A stretch of DNA of 56,616 bases, filler included, from Chthonomonadaceae bacterium (GTDB lineage: Bacteria > Armatimonadota > Chthonomonadetes > Chthonomonadales > Chthonomonadaceae): NCBI GenBank assembly GCA_035650735.1. It is 2 parts of 2 records of this genome, joined end to end, with 100 filler letters (N's around TTAATTAATTAA, not from the genome) between each part and the next. Parts side by side here need not be neighbours in the genome. Positions count along the whole stretch, not along the records: positions 25,600 to 56,616 come from DASRGZ010000220.1; 1 more part is not named here. The stretch is one strand, 5' to 3'. Positions 49,820 through 56,616 of this stretch are shown one piece after another; the first letter of the stretch is position 1, and every line of letters begins with the position of its first letter. A program made the position numbers and the translations under genes. Below the pieces are notes generated by a model that saw only the letters and a list, made by a program, of their open reading frames with translations, had not been told where the DNA came from and searched no databases.

Positions 49820-49887
49820 GAATGCCTAGCTAAACCTCCTTTGTTCCCCTCAAAAGAAAGGGCGATACGAGGTTTTGTTAGGCATTC
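49820..49887. mobile_element. 68-bp MITE with TTA duplication (copy 2, inverted)
   Basis: TTA-GAATGCCTA...TAGGCATTC-TTA; reverse complement of 30367-30434 with one mismatch. Confidence 0.85.
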
Positions 49888-49920
49888 TTAGCCTCTTATC
49901 CCTTTTCAGGAGGGAGAGGA

Positions 49921-50600
49921 ATGCGCGATGAACTCAGGCCAAAATCGAGGAACCGAAAGTTATTCGTACTCGCCATCGCTTGTTGCGGCGGGATCGCCCT
50001 CGGTCACTGGACACTCCGAAAACCGGGGACGAACCATCTCCTGCTGCGTGCCAGGCGCTGGAACGTCGGTGCAGAAGACTACCAATGGCTGACGAACCAT
50101 GGCATCCTCTACACGCAAATCCACTTGCCGAATGTCTCGGGAAACCGGATCGTCAAATGCAACGTGGAAACGGGCCGTGTTTCGCTGCTTCGTGCCTTAA
50201 AGAACTGTCAAAGAAACTTCGGATTGGGGAAGCCCAGGGCGTGCTGTCCCCCGATGGCAAAAAGCTAATCTGGATCGGACGCCGTTATCACGTGCTTGCC
50301 CTGGATGGTTCGCACGAGCAGACCTTTCCGCATAGCACCGCCCAGGTGATCAACGGCCTGTTACCCTTTATTCCCAGCGTAGCCTGGCTGTCCGACAGCA
50401 GCGCCTGGGTCGAGATCCAAGGCCCCAGTCGCGCCTCCTCGCTGGTCGTGCATTCGCTGGAGGACACGCCTCCTGTTTCCGTCCCTCTTCCCGCTGCTGT
50501 CGGCACGCAGAAAATCGTGGGCGTCACCCCCAGGACGAGGTGATTATTAGCCGTCAGCGAGGAGCGGTGGGGGATGGATTCATCGCGGTGAACCTGAAGG
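49921..50600 (+). pseudogene. Fragmented exported beta-propeller (TolB/PD40-like) protein
   Basis: SD, ATG and hydrophobic leader in one frame; LSPDGKKLIW...VAWLSDSSAWV in another; further breakdown near 50530. The end coordinate is approximate. Confidence 0.5.
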
Positions 50601-50732
50601 CACAGCCTCCCGCGGTGAGGAACCTTGCGGTTGCACTGACTTCTTAAGCCTGGTTCCCCATTCTTTTCCCGCATAAGCCACAGCAAAGTTGGCCCGTCCC
50701 CCTGGCATAATCTTCTCTGGTAGGTTTCTTCC

Positions 50733-50815
50733 GCCCCCGACAAGGGCAAACCGGTTGAAAAGCCGGGACGCAAAGCCAACGGATCTCGTCGAGATGGCCG
50801 GGCCGCCGAAAGGGC
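50733..50815 (+). ncRNA. c-di-GMP-I (GEMM) riboswitch aptamer 1
   Basis: AAGGGCAAA-CCGGTT-GAAA-AGCCGG-GACGCAAAGCC...GGGCCGCCG matches the class-I core; P1 GCCC/GGGC; short, atypical P3. Confidence 0.8.
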
Positions 50816-50933
50816 AATGAAGCGCCTTCGACAGCGATAGTCCCGTGGGACTGTCGCTGCCGGCTTCCTCCTCGTCGGGCAGGAGAAACCGGGCCGCAGA
50901 AAGGCCGCGCCTTGCTGCGCTCATTCCAATCCT

Positions 50934-51045
50934 TCGCAATCGACAAGGGCAAACCGTTTCGAAAGAACGGGACGCAAAGCTACGGGCCTATCCTTGCCGG
51001 CTCTCTAAAGCCGCAAGCATGGCCGCCGGGCCGCCGAACCTGCGA
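50934..51045 (+). ncRNA. c-di-GMP-I (GEMM) riboswitch aptamer 2
   Basis: AAGGGCAAACCGTTTC-GAAA-GAACGGGACGCAAAGCTACGGGCCTA...ATGGCCGCCGGGCCGCCG with a CCTA/ATGG receptor; P1 TCGCA/TGCGA ends just before the SD GAGGAG. Confidence 0.92.
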
Positions 51046-51060
51046 TTACGAGGAGCTAAC

Positions 51061-52818
51061 ATGTTCGCTTCGATTTCCCGCTGCCGCCGGCAGCACACTC
51101 GCAACTGTCGCAGGGCGTTTCTCTATCCGCAGGCGAAGGCGCTGCTCGCGCTCTCGCTTCCCGGCCTGCTCCTGACCGGCCAGGCCGCGCGCGCCGATAA
51201 ACTCCAGAACAAAGGCGATCTGTTCCTGACCCGCCAGATGGCCTCCAAACAAACCTCCGGCTGGGCGTCGGTCATCCTTAAACTCGATGGCGACTTGACC
51301 CCGGCCTATCAGGCGCAGCTCAAAGCGCTGGAGGCCAGCATCACCCGGCAGCTAGCCATTATCCGCTCGGTGGCGGTGCGCGTTCCCATCCGTAACCTGC
51401 CCCGGCTGGCCGCGCTGCCGTTCGTCACGCACCTTTCCGCCGATGTGTCCGTGCAGAAGAATGACGAGTATACCGTGAGCTCCAGCGGCGCCAACATCGC
51501 CTTCCAGCAGTATAATCTGACGGGGCAGGGCGTCACCGTGGCCGTCGTGGATAGCGGCATCGCCTCCCATTCCGACCTAAACGATCCCAAGACCGGCGCG
51601 TCCCGGGTGATCGCCAACGTCAGCTTTGTCCCGCTCTCCCTCAACGCCTCCGATCAGTGCGGGCACGGCACCCATATCGCCGGGATCATCGCCGGCAACG
51701 GGGCCAACTCCACGGGCAGCCAGTACTTCCATACTTTCTACGGCATCGCCCGCAAGGCCAATCTGGTCAACGTCCGCGTGCTGGATGCTCTCGGCCAGGG
51801 CAACGTCAGCACGGTCATCTCCGGCATTCAGTGGGTAATTAACAACAGGGCCAAGTATAATATCCGGGTCCTGAATCTCTCGATGGGCCATTCCGCGGGC
51901 GAAAGCTATAAGACCGACCCGCTCTGCCAGGCTGTCGAGCAGGCCTGGAAGGCCGGCATCGTCGTCGTCTGCGCTGCCGGCAACGATGGCCGCAAGACGG
52001 CGCTCGCATTGCCCACCAACGGCGCAGATAACGAGGGCTACGGCACGGCCTACGGCTCCATCGCCTCGCCGGGCAACGACCCGTACGTGATCACCGTTGG
52101 GGCCATGAAGTCGGTGGATGGGATTCGCGCCCACGATACCATCGCTACCTACTCCAGCCGCGGCCCAACGCGCCTGGATCTGCGGCTCAAGCCCGACATT
52201 GTCGCTGCCGGCAACCACATTATCTCGCTGCGCTGCTCCCTGGGCACGCTGGATACCACCGATATCGGCAACCAGGTTCCCATGAGCGCCTACTGCTATA
52301 ACCCGCCGCTCCTGGGACAGACGCGCTACTTCCGGCTCTCGGGCACCTCGATGGCCGCTCCGGTCGTCTCCGGCGCCGCCGCCCTGCTGCTGCAGGCCAA
52401 TCCTAACCTTTCGCCGGATACGATCAAAGCCCGCCTGATGTTTAGCGCGGATAAGTGGGGCTTTCCCAACGGCGCCGCCGATCCCTGCACCTTCGGGGCC
52501 GGATACCTGAATATCCCGGCAGCCCTCAACTGCACGGTCACGGCCACACAGCCGGCCATGAGCCCTTCGCTGTCGCAGGACAGCCAGGGCAACGTGGTTG
52601 TCAACATGGATAACGCTATCTGGGGAACCAATGCCATCTGGGGAACCGGCGTTACCGATCTGCGCGCTATCTGGGGAACCAACGCCATCTGGGGAACGAA
52701 TACTCTCTCCTCCAGCAACGCGATCTGGGGAACCAGCATTTGGACCGACAATGCGATCTGGGGAACTAGCCTCTTTGAAGTGGACCTAGGCCCCATCGCC
52801 ATCAACGGAGAGAACTGA
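51061..52818 (+). CDS. Secreted subtilisin-like S8 serine peptidase with C-terminal AIWGT repeats
   Basis: Catalytic VVDSG, HGTHIAG and SGTSMAAP; oxyanion AAGN; signal and pro regions; six AIWGT units. Confidence 0.95.
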   Translation: MFASISRCRRQHTRNCRRAFLYPQAKALLALSLPGLLLTGQAARADKLQNKGDLFLTRQMASKQTSGWASVILKLDGDLTPAYQAQLKALEASITRQLAIIRSVAVRVPIRNLPRLAALPFVTHLSADVSVQKNDEYTVSSSGANIAFQQYNLTGQGVTVAVVDSGIASHSDLNDPKTGASRVIANVSFVPLSLNASDQCGHGTHIAGIIAGNGANSTGSQYFHTFYGIARKANLVNVRVLDALGQGNVSTVISGIQWVINNRAKYNIRVLNLSMGHSAGESYKTDPLCQAVEQAWKAGIVVVCAAGNDGRKTALALPTNGADNEGYGTAYGSIASPGNDPYVITVGAMKSVDGIRAHDTIATYSSRGPTRLDLRLKPDIVAAGNHIISLRCSLGTLDTTDIGNQVPMSAYCYNPPLLGQTRYFRLSGTSMAAPVVSGAAALLLQANPNLSPDTIKARLMFSADKWGFPNGAADPCTFGAGYLNIPAALNCTVTATQPAMSPSLSQDSQGNVVVNMDNAIWGTNAIWGTGVTDLRAIWGTNAIWGTNTLSSSNAIWGTSIWTDNAIWGTSLFEVDLGPIAINGEN

Positions 52819-53021
52819 GCCCGGCCCGGCTGCCCGCAGGCGCCGGTGGCGAATTAGAGCCTCTCCCGGCAGGCAGGCTTGCGAGAAGGCAACCGTGCCC
52901 TACGGGAAGAGGCTCTTCGCGAGTTGCAGTGGGCCTCTCCCCGGCCCTGGTATAAGAACAGTGCCCTGCGCGGATAGGCTCTTATCCCCAAAGCCGCCGT
53001 TTGCGTGCATGCCTCCTAAAC

Positions 53022-53037
53022 TGGCACGGTTTATGCA
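53022..53037 (+). promoter_or_regulatory. Sigma54-type -24/-12 promoter
   Basis: TGGCACG-GTTT-ATGCA (GG-N10-GC), about 125 bp upstream of 53161. Confidence 0.55.
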
Positions 53038-53160
53038 GGGAAGCTTTGTGCTTGAGCATAATGCTTCCCTGGCCCGCGAACAGAAACCTTCGGACAGTTT
53101 CGAACCGGATGCGGGCCTCCTATGCCAGCCCAAAACGCACGGAAAGGAGGATGTACCCCG

Positions 53161-53832
53161 ATGTATGTCACACGGAAGTCGCGGCTCTTGTTTCTGGGCG
53201 GCCTCACAGCCCTGGTCGCCGGCGCGTTGGCCCTCATGATGGCGGCGCCCAAGACGAGGGCGCTGGATGGGGGCAGCTCCGGCCTGACCCCCGCCGACCT
53301 CAACACCATCGTCACTCAGGCGGTTAATGCCGCCAACAACCTCACTAGTCCCTTCCGCAGCATCGCAGGCACAACGCGCACGACCAAGATGCATATCGCG
53401 GTCGTGGCTCGGGACGGGCGATTGCTTACTCTGCGCTCCATGCCGGATGCCTGGGTCGGCTCGATTGATATCGCCATCGCCAAGGCGCGCACCGCCGCCT
53501 TCTTCTCCAGCGATGAAAACGCGCTGACGAGCCGGATTATCGGCCTTGCTTCTCAGGCGCACGTCAACTCTGCGCTCCAGCCGGACCCTAACGGCACCGC
53601 CGGGCCGCTCTGGGGCATCGGCAACTCCAATCAAGTCGGCATCAGTGGCGGACCGCAGTTTCGAAATGGGCTCATCACCTTTCCCGGAGGCGTCGCGCTC
53701 TATAAGAACGGACATCTGGTCGGCGGCATCGGCGTCAGCGGCGACGGGGTTGATCAGGATGAGGCCGTCGCCTTCGCCGGAGCTGCAGGTTTTGAGCCGC
53801 CCGCGAGCGTCGCGAAATTAGGTTATCCCTAA
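53161..53832 (+). CDS. Secreted GlcG/HbpS-family (heme-binding-like) protein
   Basis: IAVVARDG, SIDIAIAKARTA, FPGGVAL and GGIGVSG...DE; signal peptide. Confidence 0.88.
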   Translation: MYVTRKSRLLFLGGLTALVAGALALMMAAPKTRALDGGSSGLTPADLNTIVTQAVNAANNLTSPFRSIAGTTRTTKMHIAVVARDGRLLTLRSMPDAWVGSIDIAIAKARTAAFFSSDENALTSRIIGLASQAHVNSALQPDPNGTAGPLWGIGNSNQVGISGGPQFRNGLITFPGGVALYKNGHLVGGIGVSGDGVDQDEAVAFAGAAGFEPPASVAKLGYP

Positions 53833-54020
53833 TCGGGTCGCAATGGCTCTCATCGGGGCAGCGACACGTTCCCTGCCCCGGTCTTTGTTCCAGGACAAGC
53901 CCATCTTTCTCTCCGGGGAGGAGGCTCGGCATCTGCAATGCGGGCCGCATTCCTTCCCGGGCTGGCTCTGATCCTTGCACCGAGAAGACCTCGCGCGCGA
54001 CGTTCAAGGAGGGGATTCTG

Positions 54021-54815
54021 GTGAGAAGACGACTACTCTCGTGCGCCTTTGGGTGCTTGCTTGCGCTGTGCCTGTGCTGCCCACGGGCGTTGGCGCAGGC
54101 GCAAGCCGACAGCACGCTCAGCTTACTTCACCTGGCCTTCAATCTGGATACGGACACCTCTATCGAGATGAGTCCTCCGATCCTATTTGGCTCGACGATT
54201 GGCAGCGGCGCGCTGGGCACCGCCGATGTCCAGGCGAGCTTTCCTGCCGGAGAGAACCGGGGGCCGCAGGGCAATCCCTATGTCATCGAGATGTTCAACG
54301 GAACCGTCTCGGCGATGGCCCCACCGCCCAACCAATCCTTCTCTCTCCAGCAGGCAACCGGCATCTTCACCTTTCGCAACTACGCCACCACGCCCCTAGA
54401 CATATCGGTGGACTGGCAGGCGACCTATCTTCTTTCGGCCTTTGGAGATACCTCCATTGCCGGGCTGGATGTCCTCGCCTCCCAGCGCGACCTGCGGACG
54501 GGAACCGATCTGGGCACACAGACTCTGATATTCGACCGGCAGTTCAACGATGGTTCGGAGGTGCTGTTCCCGACTGGCTCCCTGCTCGTCTCTCTGGGCG
54601 CCGCCACGACCGACGTGATGACGGGCGCCCTCGTTCCCGCCGAGACAGAGCTGCGCATAGATACGCTGGTCGCCGCGTCAGCGGCGGTTCCTGAGCCCGG
54701 CGGCGCGACGTTTGCCTTCAGTGGAGCTCTTATCCTGGTCGGTAGCTTGTGCAGCCGCCGCAGGAGCTCCCAGCGAATGCTTCAGAGGCGGATCGGGAAA
54801 AGAGGGAACCTTTAA
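54021..54815 (+). CDS. PEP-CTERM sorting-domain protein
   Basis: Signal peptide; VPEPG followed by a TM helix and an RRR cluster. Confidence 0.85.
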   Translation: MRRRLLSCAFGCLLALCLCCPRALAQAQADSTLSLLHLAFNLDTDTSIEMSPPILFGSTIGSGALGTADVQASFPAGENRGPQGNPYVIEMFNGTVSAMAPPPNQSFSLQQATGIFTFRNYATTPLDISVDWQATYLLSAFGDTSIAGLDVLASQRDLRTGTDLGTQTLIFDRQFNDGSEVLFPTGSLLVSLGAATTDVMTGALVPAETELRIDTLVAASAAVPEPGGATFAFSGALILVGSLCSRRRSSQRMLQRRIGKRGNL

Positions 54816-55034
54816 CGGTCAACAGACGTCTGTCAAGTAAATCTCCTTTTTGAGATGACCCGACTCGGTTGGGTTGTACGAGTCGGGAGAATCACGCTCC
54901 CCTCACCGCCCTTGTTGGACTAGGAACAAGGGCGGACTTATTGTGTGCCCCCTCTTTCCCCAAATGGGTCCGTTCCGCAATTGAGCACTGTCCGCCCAGC
55001 AAAAGGCTTTGCCTCGAACTCTGCTTTATGCGCC

Positions 55035-56387
55035 CTATGCGGCGGGCGGCTGCAAGGGCAGCCGGACGGTGAAGGTGCTGCCCTGGCCGGGCGCGCTCTG
55101 GCAGGTGATGTCCCCGCCATGCAGTTCCACCAGATGCTTTACCAGATAGAGACCTAGGCCGGTGCCGGGAATATTCCTGATCTCTTCGCGTTCCATGCGC
55201 TCGTATTGGCGGAACAGGCGGGCGCGCTGCTCCTCGTTCATGCCGACGCCCTCATCGCGGACGCTCAGGAGAATATGGTCGTTCCCATCGCGCTTTGCTG
55301 AGAGCGTGATGGTGCCGCCCTTCGGCGAATATTTGATGGCGTTGCTGAGCAGATTGGCGAGGATCTGGCCGAGCTTGTCCTCATCGGCCAGGAGGGCAGC
55401 GGGCAGGTCCGGCGCGATGTCGGCGACCAGCTGATGGTTGGGGGTGAAGTACTTATAGAAGCGGTGGCGGCGGATCTGCTTTTCCAGCAGGGGCCGCAGC
55501 GCAACTTCCCTGACCGCCAGCGTGAGCGGTCGGCCCGCCTCCAGGCGCGAAATATCCAGCAGTTCGTTGATCAGATCAAGCAGACGATCCGAGTCAGCCT
55601 CGATGGCCTCGTAAAACTCCGTGCGCGTCTCGACGGGGATCGTGTCTTCAGTATCGGCCAGGAGCGTCTGGACGTAGCCGCGAATGGTCGTGAGCGGGTT
55701 GCGCAACTCGTGGGCGACAAAGCTGATAAAATCGGATTTCAGCCGGCTGGCCTCCTCCAGTGCCAGCCGCCGCGTCTCCTGCCGGTGCAACTCGTCCTGC
55801 AGGCGCAGGCGATCCTCTAAGGAGCGGCGCAGGTTCTCGTAGAGGCGGGCGTTCTCCAGGGCGATGGCAGCCTGATTGGCGAAGGCGGCCAGCATGGAGA
55901 GATGTTTTTCGGTGAAGATGCCGGTCTTGACCCGGTTATCCAGATAGATCACGCCCAGCAGACGCCCCTGCGCGATCAGCGGCACGCAGAGCACAGAGCG
56001 CAGGTTGGAAAGCTGGACGCTCTGGCGGCCCGCAAAGCGCGGGTCCTCCATGGCGTTGTGCGAGACGACCGGTTGGCGCGTCTCCATCACGTTTTCCACC
56101 AGCGTGCGGCTGATCTCGGCGCGGTTGGTCTCATCCTGGCCGGAAAGCGTCTCCTCCAGCGCTCTGCGTTCCAGGTTACGCACGGCCTCCCCCCACACCC
56201 GGCCCGTCTCCACATCCACCAGCAAAATAAAACCGCGCTCGGCCCCGACAAAGGCGATGACCTCCTCGATGGCGGTCTCTAAAACCTGCTTAACTTCAAG
56301 CGTGGAGTTTAAAAGCTGTCCCAGTTCGAGTAGTTTTACCAGATCATCACTGGTTTCGGAAGAGAACGGCGTGTTCGGTGAGATCAT
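55035..56387 (-). CDS. GAF-domain sensor histidine kinase
   Basis: GAF (SVLCVPL...GVIYLDN), H-box AHELRNPL, N-box NLLSNAIKY, DEGVG and GTGLGL. Confidence 0.95.
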   Translation of the reverse strand: MISPNTPFSSETSDDLVKLLELGQLLNSTLEVKQVLETAIEEVIAFVGAERGFILLVDVETGRVWGEAVRNLERRALEETLSGQDETNRAEISRTLVENVMETRQPVVSHNAMEDPRFAGRQSVQLSNLRSVLCVPLIAQGRLLGVIYLDNRVKTGIFTEKHLSMLAAFANQAAIALENARLYENLRRSLEDRLRLQDELHRQETRRLALEEASRLKSDFISFVAHELRNPLTTIRGYVQTLLADTEDTIPVETRTEFYEAIEADSDRLLDLINELLDISRLEAGRPLTLAVREVALRPLLEKQIRRHRFYKYFTPNHQLVADIAPDLPAALLADEDKLGQILANLLSNAIKYSPKGGTITLSAKRDGNDHILLSVRDEGVGMNEEQRARLFRQYERMEREEIRNIPGTGLGLYLVKHLVELHGGDITCQSAPGQGSTFTVRLPLQPPAA

Positions 56388-56411
56388 GGAGCGTTCCTTA
56401 GAAGAGTAGTT

Positions 56412-56532
56412 CGGGCGAATGAATTTGCGGCAAGCCCTCACCCCCTACCCCTCTCCCACGCTGCGGGAGAGGGGAGAAAAGAGTCGGCGAAGGCCAGCTT
56501 CGTGCTTTTGTTGCTGCGGTTTTAACCGCCCG
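56412..56532. repeat. Composite REP-like palindromic element (similar to 6997-7147)
   Basis: Same three sequence blocks in the same order as the copy near 7 kb. Confidence 0.7.
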
Positions 56533-56548
56533 TAGAGAGTTCGATTCG

Positions 56549-56616
56549 TTAAGAGTTATGGCGTCGGGCAAACTCAAGCGCATGATAGGTCAGGATGATG
56601 TCGGCTCCGGCGCGCT
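56549..56616 (-). CDS. hemB: Porphobilinogen synthase, C-terminal end (partial)
   Basis: RAGADIILTYHALEFARRHNS* is the characteristic HemB C-terminus. Confidence 0.8.
   Translation of the reverse strand, partial: RAGADIILTYHALEFARRHNS

Noticed and set aside
50689..50711. Sigma54-like TGGC...TGGCA upstream of the riboswitches
   Set aside because: The GG-to-GC spacing is 11 rather than the required 10.

Overview
GC-rich bacterial sequence made of two contigs joined by an artificial N-linker (25500-25599, containing TTAATTAATTAA), so adjacency across that point is not guaranteed. The gene repertoire (three DUF1559/H-X9-DG prepilin-like proteins, PEP-CTERM, HAF-repeat, SARP/BTAD-TPR) suggests Armatimonadota or a similar lineage; this is an inference. 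Ordinary genes include an HD-GYP phosphodiesterase, VIT1, prolyl oligopeptidase, transaldolase, an ECF sigma factor, ABC exporters, a DeoR regulator with a fused E1 alpha/beta enzyme, an APC permease, flhA, a dipeptide epimerase/DUF1611 pair, an S8 protease, a histidine kinase, the hemB 3' end and tRNA-Ala(CGC). Signals the ORF track misses: (1) a probable exported selenoprotein (signal peptide, Cys-less thioredoxin-like domain, AhpD domain with CxxU and a SECIS-like hairpin) behind a divergent pair of Met-rich DUF1559 genes with phased TTAA boxes; (2) two tandem c-di-GMP-I riboswitches in front of an S8 protease with an AIWGT-repeat tail; (3) several MITE families, one nested inside another; (4) a solitary type I-E-like CRISPR repeat and a separate 30/36/30-bp repeat-spacer-repeat; (5) a HEPN-like plus BolA-like pair bracketed by a duplicated sigma70 promoter; (6) a sigma28-type promoter on an isolated flhA; (7) a decayed integrase beside the tRNA and an IS1-family element. 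Several genes have single-base frameshifts or stops that may be sequencing errors.
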